In this document: positions 25,853-35,009 of the stretch, piece by piece
Layout of the letters: every line of letters starts with the position of its first letter
Position numbering within the stretch: the first letter of the stretch is position 1
Source: a virus
Lineage: Duplodnaviria > Heunggongvirae > Uroviricota > Caudoviricetes
Reading direction: 5' to 3' (one strand)
Virus record (IMG/VR): IMGVR_UViG_2563366875_000005
DNA: 35,327 bases
Position numbers and translations under genes: made by a program
Notes under the pieces: generated by a model
The model's input: only the letters and a program-made list of their open reading frames with translations
Databases searched by the model: none
Told to the model about the DNA's origin: nothing

Positions 25853-28800
25853 TTACAATGTTGGAGCATCAATCAGACACTTATCTCGCTCCACCTTTAG
25901 TGCCAAAAAACTCAGTCTGATTGATAAATATTTCATATCATCACCTCCTCCACTGATATCAAACTGTTGCTCATTCAACTCCTTAGCATATTCTAACTCT
26001 TTATCATAAGATGAGGTTACACGCCAAATTACAGAACCACGCTTAAATAAGTAGTATAAGCCATTAACATCCCGATACGCTTTCATAAGCTGCCATAACA
26101 CATCGGTACATCTGTTAAAAAGCTCATCTAATCGCTGCAAGAACAAATAATCATAAACGGCCTTTAATTCCCTCACCCCCTCCGCATCAATTTTTTCAAA
26201 CTCTCCGCAACGTACCAACTCTTCATACTTAACAAGTAACGCCCTGGCCTTAGTATACACTCCCCCTTCATTTTTTATGGCATTATCAATGTATTTGAAA
26301 GATGAACCAGAAAACAAATAATGAAGTTTAATGCTAATATTATTAGCCAGCGTGTTATACCCAGCAGCTCGGGACTTTTTCTCGAGAGAAATAAGCTTAT
26401 TAACCCTTTTACCATGAGACAATTCGTCAGCCAAATGAACTTCAGCATTGATATAATAACTAGAAGACTTTGGAGCTATCTTTTTTAATTTTATTGCGTA
26501 TTTTCGTGCTTTTTCATCATTATATTCAGAGCATGCCATCATAATATTATCAAGCATTTTAAAATAATATTCCTTTTGACAAAACTCTTTTGCCTCGAAC
26601 TCATCACTTAAAGGCTCAATAAATTCAACACTTTGTTCAACCTCATCAATCATTCTTAAACTTGTAGCCAAAAAATACGCAGCCCTAAATTTATCAAGAA
26701 TATCCAAATGAGAAATATTAGAATAAAGCATCCGAGAAAATGCGACGAGTTCTTTATAGTAACATGCACTCTTTAAAAAGATGCAATATCCTATAGAAAC
26801 ATGTATTAATGATTTAACTTCTCGATCATAATGATTAATATCTATTAATGAAAAGTATGAACTAATAGCTGAATGGACATTTCCAGGATAAAACTCCGGG
26901 CTTTCAAGCATCATCTTCACTGTAGGAGAGACTCTCACTTTCCCTGACATCCAATCGCTACCGATACAAAGTCCTAGGGATTTTTTTACAAGTTCATACC
27001 GTTGGTTAGGATCCATACCCTGCTTTACAAAATCACTAACAACTGGTGATATCCTTAATATTTTATAATTATCCTTTGTAATTGTATAAATCAGACCATA
27101 TCTTTCTAGTTTTGCGAAATCATCAAAATGAAAATCATACGATGAATAATAAGAGCGAATATTTGTCAATTTCTCCCCATATTCAAGCATAGAGAAAATG
27201 CATAGTAATGAATATAGTTTTCTATTATCACTTCTAATCTCGTTTATTTGCTTGGATATGTAGTGTGGAATGTCCGTATTTGTTCCCTCTGCCGAAACAA
27301 CAATATTTCCTGCATCAAGGACTTCATCAAATGACATTAACTCATAATACTCTTTAACCTTATCTAATTTTAAAGGTATTCCATTTGTTATTTCATACAA
27401 CCTATCAAGTTTCTCTCTTTTTATTTCAGTAATATCAGTGCCAACTTTAATATACTCCTTTATATCATCTAAAGATAAAGGCTGTAATTCCACTATACCA
27501 GAGCATATCCCGTTACATGTCGCTGATACAAAAATAACTTTCACACCAGAACTAAGATCTGATGATAATTTCGCAATCTCAGAAAAGAAAGCTTTAGTTG
27601 ATGGAGGAAGTCTGGCTATGTTATCAAGAATTAAAATCCGCTTTCCTAATCCATTATTAGATATGAAGGTTGCAATATCGATACCGATATCCTGTTTTAT
27701 TTTAACTTCAATATCATGAGATTCAGTCAATCCATTGACATCACTATAATAACATGTAAAATCATAAAATTCATCATGAATAAAAGAATATAAAAAACCT
27801 GCTTTTCCGTATCCCCAACCAGAAACAAGCTCAAAATGATTGTTATTATTTAAATAATCAGTGGCTTTTTTTTGCTCTACTAATCTAATTATATCATGCG
27901 CAGGCTCAACTGAAAGGTTATAGGGTCTCAGCGAAATAACTATGCTTTCTGTTATCGGCTGTAATCCAGTTTTTTTTACAACAAACTTACTTAATTGTTT
28001 TTTTTTACTAATCTCAGCCAAAGCATCTTCAAAGTATGTATTACAGTCAACCCCAACATATCCTTGAAAACGAGCATTAACAAGCGCTGGTTGAATAATT
28101 TCAATCAATCGTGAATGTTCTTTACTCACATCATCAATTGAGTTTTTATAAAAACCCCATCTAACATTATAACTTGGCTGAAACTCATGGACGATGTTTC
28201 TTAACGCCTGTAGAAAAACATCATCCCAACCTGCATATCCAATAACATATAATTTACTTGTATCCAATATATTTTTTATTGACAACTCAATTTTTTTCCT
28301 CAATGAAGAAAGCTGAGTTTGAGTATGCATAGTATCTCCATCCCAAACTCCATGTAAATGCACTACGGGAATGGATTCGCCTGAATAGCTGGTAACGCTA
28401 CCAATTGGTTGATCTACAATAAGATTATGTACATTACAATTTCTATTTACTCTAAACAATGCCTCTTCAATCAATGGATCAAAATTTGTTGTAAGTATGC
28501 ATTTTACTTTAATGCTAGTTTCTGAAATAAGCCTTGAAAAATCATCAAGTGATTTAGTAATTAACCATTTGTCGCCGCTCCTTGCATTATTCATTGCAAG
28601 AGCCATTATTTCTTTAACTTCATCTTGATCACCTACCTTCAAAAGGTATTCGAAACTTTTTTGATATTTATCAGTTTCACTTAAACCGATTATGTTACTT
28701 TCAAAGCCATCATAAATATCTAAATCAATCATATATTGCCGCAGAATATCATTCATCCCTGAAACGCCCGGTACCCCATTCCCCTCCGGCGAGCAACTCA

Positions 28801-28888
28801 CGGCTGACCCCAGAAGAAAACTAACGTCTTTACCTTTCCGAATATCCAATACCAAAGACTTTACAAATTCAGTATAAGAATTAAACAT
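25853..28888 (-). CDS. Large SIR2-domain defence protein (DSR2-like defence-associated sirtuin)
   Basis: About 1011 aa from the ATG at 28888 (AGGGA RBS); N-terminal SIR2 motifs FLLGSAVS, ILTTNFD and VVHLHG, then about 700 aa of mostly helical sequence; very AT-rich. The track ORF starts at 28981, but the 31-residue extension looks non-native. Confidence 0.8.
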   Translation of the reverse strand: MFNSYTEFVKSLVLDIRKGKDVSFLLGSAVSCSPEGNGVPGVSGMNDILRQYMIDLDIYDGFESNIIGLSETDKYQKSFEYLLKVGDQDEVKEIMALAMNNARSGDKWLITKSLDDFSRLISETSIKVKCILTTNFDPLIEEALFRVNRNCNVHNLIVDQPIGSVTSYSGESIPVVHLHGVWDGDTMHTQTQLSSLRKKIELSIKNILDTSKLYVIGYAGWDDVFLQALRNIVHEFQPSYNVRWGFYKNSIDDVSKEHSRLIEIIQPALVNARFQGYVGVDCNTYFEDALAEISKKKQLSKFVVKKTGLQPITESIVISLRPYNLSVEPAHDIIRLVEQKKATDYLNNNNHFELVSGWGYGKAGFLYSFIHDEFYDFTCYYSDVNGLTESHDIEVKIKQDIGIDIATFISNNGLGKRILILDNIARLPPSTKAFFSEIAKLSSDLSSGVKVIFVSATCNGICSGIVELQPLSLDDIKEYIKVGTDITEIKREKLDRLYEITNGIPLKLDKVKEYYELMSFDEVLDAGNIVVSAEGTNTDIPHYISKQINEIRSDNRKLYSLLCIFSMLEYGEKLTNIRSYYSSYDFHFDDFAKLERYGLIYTITKDNYKILRISPVVSDFVKQGMDPNQRYELVKKSLGLCIGSDWMSGKVRVSPTVKMMLESPEFYPGNVHSAISSYFSLIDINHYDREVKSLIHVSIGYCIFLKSACYYKELVAFSRMLYSNISHLDILDKFRAAYFLATSLRMIDEVEQSVEFIEPLSDEFEAKEFCQKEYYFKMLDNIMMACSEYNDEKARKYAIKLKKIAPKSSSYYINAEVHLADELSHGKRVNKLISLEKKSRAAGYNTLANNISIKLHYLFSGSSFKYIDNAIKNEGGVYTKARALLVKYEELVRCGEFEKIDAEGVRELKAVYDYLFLQRLDELFNRCTDVLWQLMKAYRDVNGLYYLFKRGSVIWRVTSSYDKELEYAKELNEQQFDISGGGDDMKYLSIRLSFLALKVERDKCLIDAPTL

Positions 28889-29070
28889 TAAGCAATCCCT
28901 TTCGTTATATGACGAAACTACAAGCAGAGAATTTCTGATAATTTTTACATTATGAAACCAAAGCATCAACACATAATACAAAACAAAAGTAACTTATTGA
29001 TTTGTATATAATTTCCATTATAAGTCTACACGTAATGCTACAGGAGCATTTTGAAGACCACTCCCCGCTT

Positions 29071-31173
29071 TTATATAAAATCACCAATCATGAGTAAACA
29101 TGAATCTAGGGAGCGAGCTGTGTCTCGCAGATAATTTTGTGTCCTTAGACCGTGTTTTAGTGCACCTCTAAGCGCCCTCACGACCTCCGGGTCATTCCAT
29201 TCGATAACACCGTCATCAACCAGATTAAGCACTGCTGCGGCGTGCTCAGAAGGCGTGGGAGCCGGTAACGAAGTATCACCACCGGTGAGCTTTCCACAGT
29301 TATTGACAGGACTCCGAGGCGCGGCGATGCCGCTTTTTAAAGTCAAAGGCTCAACGACCGGCACTTTCGGAACAATGCGCCAGTCCGTCGTTCTAGTGAT
29401 ATGAATATGACGCGCGCCGAGATGCGGCGCGTAAATGCCGACCACTCTCTCGACTTCTTCCTCGTACTCGTTAACGTCATCCGACGGGCTACGGGCAACC
29501 CTGACAGTCTGACAATCGCGCGGGACATTTGCCCCACCCTGCGCGCTGATATACAACGCAAAATCACCACTGTCTGCGGCGGCGCGTGCAGCCTCGACGC
29601 GCTCGTCAAACTCATCAGCAATGCTGACGCCGCGAGGCAATTTGCGTAGTTCACGGTAAGCCCCCATTGTCGGCAGGCCAACCGTTTTAAATTGCGGAAT
29701 GCGCCACGTTGACGCCCATGCGGTAACAGCCGCGGCAGTATCTTTCAGCGGTCTGCCGGTATCGTTATCGAGCTGCCCATCCAGTGCATAGCCGTCGATA
29801 TTTTTTGAGATGTATTTCGCGATATACCCCGCAGCACCGCCCCGATTAAGATGTTTTGCCTGAAAACGGTTTCGCGCGGCTCCTCTTTCGTCGCCATCCT
29901 CTTTGAGCGCATAGCGACGCATGATTTCGATAATCTGGTTACGCTGGCGTGGATTACAAAAAAGCATCATATGCCAGTGCGGCGTTCCGTCGTGGTGTGG
30001 CTCGACGACTCGCAAACCGTAGACCTGTAAATCATTATCCTTGAATGCCGTGCGCATCAGGCTCCAGATACGGCAGAGATAACGCTGCGCATCCTTTGGA
30101 TTAAATGCCTCATCGTTCCAGCCGTGATTAAGCTGAACGGTTTTACTTTCGCCTTTTCCGACCTGACGTGTCGGGTGATACTTTGACGGCGCGGTCAGCG
30201 TGATAAACATCCCCACATCACCCTCTGCGGCGGCGTAACGCTCAATACCGGCAATGGTGTTCATCAGCTCCATCCGGCGAATTTCAGGATTAGAAATACT
30301 GCCCATCACCTTACTGATAAGGTCGATGCGCTCGCCGGTTTCCCTGTTTTCAAGGTCACACGATTTAAGAAATTCCAGATTTGCCTGGCGGCGCGCACGC
30401 ACATCACGAATGGCGTGTTTACTGGCATAAGGAGAACGGTCTTTATTGACCTCCCCGACAGCTATCAGTAACGCCTCATGCCAGCGCATACGCTGGCCTT
30501 TAAGCTGATGAGTCCACCACTCATCGTTAAACAGGCGGGCAATGGCAGAATATGCCTGCCTCGTGGTCATCTGTCCTTTACGGTATTTTTTCCAGTAGAG
30601 CGGGGAAATATTGAAAGCACGTGCAGCGCCAGCAACATGACCATACAGGTGAGCCTGCGCCTCATCCGTAAACAGCGATTCTTTTTCACCATGCGCATCA
30701 ACCCATGCATCGCAGAGTTCCTCATACATCATGAAAAGCTGCGATGAGATACGGGCGGCAAACTTTTTCAGCTCCTTGTCATTCATTCCCGGCAGGCGCG
30801 CATAGTGGTCACGCTCTGCCAGAAACAGCAACGACGCGTCGGTGTTCATTTCATGGCGCTGATTCACACGCTCAATGCGCGGCCATAAACGACGCTGAAA
30901 AGTAGATGTGAGGAAATAAAACCCGTGCACCGGGCTTTTATTGCGCCGGATGTAGTCATAGCGTGAAGTAAACAGCGAGCGCAAAAAGTAAGGCAGGCGA
31001 TTAATCGTGGATAAAACACCTTGCACCTGACGCATCTCGTCACGTGTAAGGGGTCTTTCGCGCCCGACAGCCTCGCGTGGCGCGTTCCATGCATAAGCAC
31101 CGGTAAACGTCTTACCGGTGCCTGCGGCAAATGCTGACGGAGGGACAAAACGCCCGGAGGCTTTAACGGCCAT
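29071..31173 (-). CDS. A: Rolling-circle replication initiator gpA (HUH nickase)
   Basis: HUH motif PHWHMMLF and active-site tyrosine motif GYIAKYISKNIDG; ATG at 31173 gives MAVKASGRFVPPSAFAAGTGK (700 aa); the track start at 31215 is a TTG. Confidence 0.85.
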   Translation of the reverse strand: MAVKASGRFVPPSAFAAGTGKTFTGAYAWNAPREAVGRERPLTRDEMRQVQGVLSTINRLPYFLRSLFTSRYDYIRRNKSPVHGFYFLTSTFQRRLWPRIERVNQRHEMNTDASLLFLAERDHYARLPGMNDKELKKFAARISSQLFMMYEELCDAWVDAHGEKESLFTDEAQAHLYGHVAGAARAFNISPLYWKKYRKGQMTTRQAYSAIARLFNDEWWTHQLKGQRMRWHEALLIAVGEVNKDRSPYASKHAIRDVRARRQANLEFLKSCDLENRETGERIDLISKVMGSISNPEIRRMELMNTIAGIERYAAAEGDVGMFITLTAPSKYHPTRQVGKGESKTVQLNHGWNDEAFNPKDAQRYLCRIWSLMRTAFKDNDLQVYGLRVVEPHHDGTPHWHMMLFCNPRQRNQIIEIMRRYALKEDGDERGAARNRFQAKHLNRGGAAGYIAKYISKNIDGYALDGQLDNDTGRPLKDTAAAVTAWASTWRIPQFKTVGLPTMGAYRELRKLPRGVSIADEFDERVEAARAAADSGDFALYISAQGGANVPRDCQTVRVARSPSDDVNEYEEEVERVVGIYAPHLGARHIHITRTTDWRIVPKVPVVEPLTLKSGIAAPRSPVNNCGKLTGGDTSLPAPTPSEHAAAVLNLVDDGVIEWNDPEVVRALRGALKHGLRTQNYLRDTARSLDSCLLMIGDFI

Positions 31174-31438
31174 ATGAGCCAAAAGCCTCTGAAAAACGCT
31201 TGCTGAGTTGCTCAACCTGCGCGTTTAAATCAGCAAAAGACTTTGCGCTTCCGGTCAGAATATCGTGATGCATCAGGCCGGAAACGAGCTGGCTTAATTT
31301 CGGGTAATAACCAACCACCGCCAGCCATTCCTGACCGGCGTTTTTACCGCTTTCCGCTCTCTTTTTCTCGTGGAGAATAAACTGAAAGCTGTCACTGGTA
31401 ACGACATAACGTTCGCCAATTTCAATACGAATACTCAT
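31163..31438 (-). CDS. P2-family early-operon small protein (91 aa)
   Basis: 91 aa upstream of A, with overlapping stop/start codons with its neighbours. Confidence 0.65.
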   Translation of the reverse strand: MSIRIEIGERYVVTSDSFQFILHEKKRAESGKNAGQEWLAVVGYYPKLSQLVSGLMHHDILTGSAKSFADLNAQVEQLSKRFSEAFGSYGR

Positions 31439-31659
31439 GCCGTTCTCCGGTAATGTTTGTTTTTTGCTTCAAAGACTGACTGGCAGGAAACACAACGCGT
31501 GGCTGACGGATAAGCCGCACGACGGGCAGCAGGTATTGGCGCGTCACACTCTTCGCAAACCAGCGCAGAAACACCGCAATGCTTTACCCTTGCCGCGTTA
31601 ATCTGGCGCTCCAGTAATTCAGCCTGTTGTTCCTGAATAAAATCTACGTTGTCCGGCAT
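31435..31659 (-). CDS. C4-type zinc-finger protein (TraR/DksA-like), early operon
   Basis: 74 aa with CxxC...CxxC (VCEECDAPIP ... RCVSCQ). Confidence 0.7.
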   Translation of the reverse strand: MPDNVDFIQEQQAELLERQINAARVKHCGVSALVCEECDAPIPAARRAAYPSATRCVSCQSVFEAKNKHYRRTA

Positions 31660-31964
31660 TACCAGCTCCTTTTGTCGTTAAGTTTTTTAAATTCATCAGC
31701 GCAATAGCTGGCAATTTCTGTCGTTAATTTCGTCAGTTCGTCCACGGAGGAGATTTGCTTGTGAAATACAGCGCGTTTAACAAGTAAATTGACCACATCA
31801 GACAGGAGATTTAATTCGTTCTGATAAATCGCGATAACAGACTCAGTTATTTCGCGTTTTTCTTTATCAAGACCAAGTTGAATAAGAGATAAATCGCCAT
31901 TTTTCATAACGGCGATTTTTAAGGCGTTATTCAGTAATACAACTGAACGAGAACAGGACATCAA
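31659..31964 (-). CDS. P2-family early-operon small protein (101 aa)
   Basis: ORF with coupled stop/start codons within the early operon. Confidence 0.6.
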   Translation of the reverse strand: MMSCSRSVVLLNNALKIAVMKNGDLSLIQLGLDKEKREITESVIAIYQNELNLLSDVVNLLVKRAVFHKQISSVDELTKLTTEIASYCADEFKKLNDKRSW

Positions 31965-32185
31965 AGCACCTCCCCGCGAGACAATCCGATATTGTGAAAT
32001 TTTTCCGACTCCTGACTGAGCAGCTCGACTATCTCCACGCGGGATAACTCCGCCTTTGTGATATGGCGAATCATGGCGTCAAGATGAGAAGAAAAGCGCG
32101 TCGCTGCGTCGGCCTGTGCTTCGGTTCTGGTCTGTTGCAGCAGTAATGCGTATTTACCGCACTGATTTTCAGAAACTGTATGCAT
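31961..32185 (-). CDS. P2-family early-operon small protein (74 aa)
   Basis: ATG at 32185 with GGAG RBS ([12 protein letters not shown]...); the track ORF extends to 32218. Confidence 0.6.
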   Translation of the reverse strand: MHTVSENQCGKYALLLQQTRTEAQADAATRFSSHLDAMIRHITKAELSRVEIVELLSQESEKFHNIGLSRGEVL

Positions 32186-32248
32186 GACTTTCTCCAGGCA
32201 AAAAGAAGCCCCGCACAATTAAGTGCGTTAAAAACTCTGGTTAATTAC

Positions 32249-32749
32249 TTAATGCAGATATTGCTCTGGTTTTACCGACGTCAGAATTGTCGGTGCATAC
32301 TCAAACAGACTGAATAATTCACGTAATGCACGGAATAAAGCATCACGCCAGTAACATGACTCTTCATTAATTCGCCAGTATGGCTGGTTGAATTCTTTTT
32401 CAGTCAATCCGGCATGCATAAATAAAGTACGACGCTGACTGACTGTTAAAAAACTAATATATGCATACTCACTTGCGCCAACCTGACGGCGTTTTGAGAA
32501 TGCACCACGCAATTCATCAATTGCACATACCAGTCGTTCACGTTCGACGTCGTTCATTTCTTCAAAACACATCGTTGCGTGACGCTGTTTTAACTGAGCA
32601 TGGAAGCAAACCGTTAACCGTTCGCGCTCCATCATCTGATTATAATAATCACATGTATCCTGCCAGCGAGGAACGGCAAGATGCTTACCAATTATCCGGC
32701 GCATAGCTGCTGGCTGTTTTTCAACGAGATTGAGCGTCATCACTGTCAT
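32249..32749 (-). CDS. B: Replication protein B (helicase-loader-like)
   Basis: 166 aa from the ATG at 32749 (MTVMTLNLVEKQPAAMRRIIGKH); an alternative start at 32755 gives 168 aa. Confidence 0.75.
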   Translation of the reverse strand: MTVMTLNLVEKQPAAMRRIIGKHLAVPRWQDTCDYYNQMMERERLTVCFHAQLKQRHATMCFEEMNDVERERLVCAIDELRGAFSKRRQVGASEYAYISFLTVSQRRTLFMHAGLTEKEFNQPYWRINEESCYWRDALFRALRELFSLFEYAPTILTSVKPEQYLH

Positions 32750-32940
32750 TTCCATACCCTCCGGCTTTTCAGAAAGGTCAGAGCCTTTTTTAACGGACTC
32801 TGTTTTTTGGTGCGGATAATGATTCCCTTACGCCCCTTACCGTGGGTGATGGTGAAGTCAATCGCCCTGGGGCTTTCGTTACGCAGTAACTGAGCAATAC
32901 AACGAGGCTCATTCATACGGTTCTCCTTAACGTGGTTCAC
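32746..32940 (-). CDS. Small basic early protein (64 aa)
   Basis: Lys/Arg-rich ORF between cox and B, overlapping both. Confidence 0.5.
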   Translation of the reverse strand: MNHVKENRMNEPRCIAQLLRNESPRAIDFTITHGKGRKGIIIRTKKQSPLKKALTFLKSRRVWK

Positions 32941-33202
32941 CGAGACCTAACCACATCAACCAGCCGTCACGAATCTCTTTAGGGCGGCTTTCATAAGCCA
33001 GTTTTAGTCCGTTATTCCATGCCGGAAGGTATACCCAATATTCACCTGCACGACCTGAAGCTGATTGTGGATCGGTCATATCAATTACAGGCAGCTTTCC
33101 TTTATCAATCATCCGACGAACCGCTCCTGTCGATTTTCCTATTAGTTTTGCGAACTCCTGATAAGGAATCGCATCAGTCATGAGTGTTACTTGCTTGCTC
33201 AT
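32927..33202 (-). CDS. cox: Cox, excision/immunity-switch regulator
   Basis: 91 aa, MSKQVTLMTDAIPYQEFAKLIGKSTGAVRRMIDKGKLPV with an HTH-like segment; divergent from C. Confidence 0.8.
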   Translation of the reverse strand: MSKQVTLMTDAIPYQEFAKLIGKSTGAVRRMIDKGKLPVIDMTDPQSASGRAGEYWVYLPAWNNGLKLAYESRPKEIRDGWLMWLGLGEPR

Positions 33203-33316
33203 GTCGTCCTCTAGCCCTCATGAATTGCGTTTAATGTCTTATAATGCCTTTTAGTGCCCACATCCAAGCACTAAACAATCTACATTTAAACTAAATACTA
33301 TTGAGATCTAAACACC
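33203..33316. promoter_or_regulatory. Immunity switch: divergent Pe/Pc promoters and C operator region
   Basis: 114-bp AT-rich intergenic region between divergently transcribed cox and C, with short direct repeats (ctaaac/ttaaac). Confidence 0.6.
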
Positions 33317-33616
33317 ATGTCAAACACGATAAGCGAGAAGATAGTCTTAATGCGAAAATCAGAGTATTTGAGCAGACAACAACTTGCTGATTTAACAGGG
33401 GTTCCGTATGGCACGCTGAGTTACTATGAAAGTGGTCGTTCAACACCTCCAACAGATGTCATGATGAACATCCTGCAGACCCCACAATTCACCAAATACA
33501 CTTTATGGTTCATGACCAATCAGATCGCTCCTGAGTCCGGGCAAATTGCGCCCGCTCTCGCACACTTTGGGCAAAACGAAACAACGTCGCCCCACTCCGG
33601 TCAAAAGACTGGTTAA
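33317..33616 (+). CDS. C: Immunity repressor C
   Basis: 99 aa, MSNTISEKIVLMRKSEYLSRQQLADLTGVPYGTLSYYESGR, an HTH domain. Confidence 0.85.
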   Translation: MSNTISEKIVLMRKSEYLSRQQLADLTGVPYGTLSYYESGRSTPPTDVMMNILQTPQFTKYTLWFMTNQIAPESGQIAPALAHFGQNETTSPHSGQKTG

Positions 33617-33731
33617 CAATTCATCGTGAATATATTCATCACAAGTGCCTACTATTGGTGGCTAAATTTCAGCCACCACGAAAAAAGCGATTAGTAGTCG
33701 CAAAAAAACACACCACTCGGAGGGTTTTCTG

Positions 33732-34745
33732 ATGGCAATCAAAAAACTCGATGATGGTCGATATGAAGTGGACATCCGCCCTACTGGACGTAATGGAAAA
33801 CGCATCCGTAGGAAGTTTGATAAGAAAAGCGAAGCTGTCGCTTTCGAGAAATACACGTTGTACAACCACCACAATAAAGAATGGCTATCAAAACCAACAG
33901 ACAAGCGACGTCTGTCGGAGCTGACACAGATCTGGTGGGATTTAAAGGGTAAACACGAAGAGCATGGGAAATCTAATCTTGGAAAAATTGAAATCTTCAC
34001 AAAAATAACGAATGACCCATGCGCATTTCAAATTACGAAATCGCTTATCAGCCAGTACTGCGCCACCCGAAGAAGTCAGGGTATTAAACCTTCGAGTATC
34101 AATCGTGATTTAACATGTATTAGCGGCATGTTTACAGCCCTGATTGAAGCGGAGTTATTCTTTGGTGAGCACCCTATCAGAGGGACAAAAAGGCTTAAGG
34201 AGGAAAAACCAGACACAGGCTATCTCACGCAGGAAGAAATTGCCTTACTGCTTGCTGCTCTTGACGGCGACAACAAAAAGATTGCGATTCTTTGCCTGAG
34301 TACTGGAGCACGTTGGGGAGAAGCAGCTCGCTTGAAAGCAGAAAATATCATCCATAACCGCGTCACGTTTGTTAAAACGAAAACAAACAAACCACGCACC
34401 GTCCCGATCTCAGAGGCTGTTGCCAAAATGATCGCGGATAACAAACGAGGTTTTTTATTCCCTGATGCTGATTACCCTCGCTTCAGACGAACAATGAAAG
34501 CAATAAAACCGGATTTGCCAATGGGGCAAGCCACACATGCACTAAGGCACAGCTTTGCCACTCATTTCATGATTAATGGAGGAAGTATTATCACGCTACA
34601 ACGGATACTAGGTCACACGCGGATTGAGCAAACTATGGTTTACGCTCATTTTGCGCCAGAGTACCTTCAGGACGCCATTTCTCTTAATCCGCTAAGAGGT
34701 GGTACTGAGGCCGAGAGTGTCCACATAGTGTCCACAGTAGAGTAA
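33732..34745 (+). CDS. int: Tyrosine integrase
   Basis: 337 aa; C-terminal catalytic region HALRHSFATHFMINGGSIITLQRILGHTRIEQTMVYAHF with the R...H..R...Y signature; adjacent to attL. Confidence 0.9.
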   Translation: MAIKKLDDGRYEVDIRPTGRNGKRIRRKFDKKSEAVAFEKYTLYNHHNKEWLSKPTDKRRLSELTQIWWDLKGKHEEHGKSNLGKIEIFTKITNDPCAFQITKSLISQYCATRRSQGIKPSSINRDLTCISGMFTALIEAELFFGEHPIRGTKRLKEEKPDTGYLTQEEIALLLAALDGDNKKIAILCLSTGARWGEAARLKAENIIHNRVTFVKTKTNKPRTVPISEAVAKMIADNKRGFLFPDADYPRFRRTMKAIKPDLPMGQATHALRHSFATHFMINGGSIITLQRILGHTRIEQTMVYAHFAPEYLQDAISLNPLRGGTEAESVHIVSTVE

Positions 34746-34824
34746 CGTTTAAGGGCTTTCAGTGGTAATTTATGCCGCTCAAACCCGCATTGTACCGTTG
34801 AAAGCCCCTACTGGTGACACCCTA

Positions 34825-34852
34825 AATCTCCCTTACACGGGCTTATTTTTTA
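34825..34852. repeat. Prophage att core, right copy (28-bp direct repeat)
   Basis: Exact repeat of 1507-1534, immediately after int. Confidence 0.8.
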
Positions 34853-35009
34853 TGCATAAGCCCTATCCCTGGTCACCGTCTTCCATTGACCACATCGATA
34901 GAATCTCCCTTCATAGCACGATGCCTTTCACGTAACGGCATCGTGCTCGCACAGGTTCCGGCTAAGCACAACCAGAACGCGCATGTTTGACGCTTACCAA
35001 AAAATATTC

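Larger units (their letters stand above)
1507..34852 (-). mobile_element. Complete P2-family prophage (about 33.3 kb) in the cyaR locus
   Basis: Bounded by 28-bp direct repeats; contains int, C, cox, B, A, cos, Q-P, O through G, FI through D and ogr in canonical P2 order with protein lengths matching P2 (T 815, FI 396, N 357, Q 344, Int 337 aa and others). Confidence 0.9.

Noticed and set aside
25575-26009. Small ORFs overlapping cos and the SIR2 3' end (25575-25760 -, 25740-26009 +)
   Set aside because: They overlap the cos region and the terminator or the end of the SIR2 gene, and have no RBS; unlikely to be genes.
27438-27719. 93-aa plus-strand ORF inside the SIR2 gene
   Set aside because: It is antisense to a long AT-rich ORF and has no independent signals; most likely spurious.
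27800-28200. Walker A/B-like motifs in the middle of the SIR2 protein (GWGYGKA, ILILDN)
   Set aside because: The spacing and the residue after Lys do not fit a canonical P-loop; treated as a possible degenerate NTPase at most, not called as a domain.
28889-28981. N-terminal 31-codon extension of the SIR2 ORF (track start at 28981)
   Set aside because: The extension (MYYVLMLWFHNVKIIRNSLLVVSSYNERDCL) looks non-native, and the ATG at 28888 has an AGGGA RBS and starts right before the SIR2 fold. I kept 28888 as the start, though the longer form cannot be excluded.
31174-31215. TTG start for gene A at 31215 (714 aa)
   Set aside because: The ATG at 31173 gives MAVKASGRF..., matching the P2 gpA N-terminus as I recall it, and reduces overlap with the upstream gene; the TTG start is kept only as an alternative.
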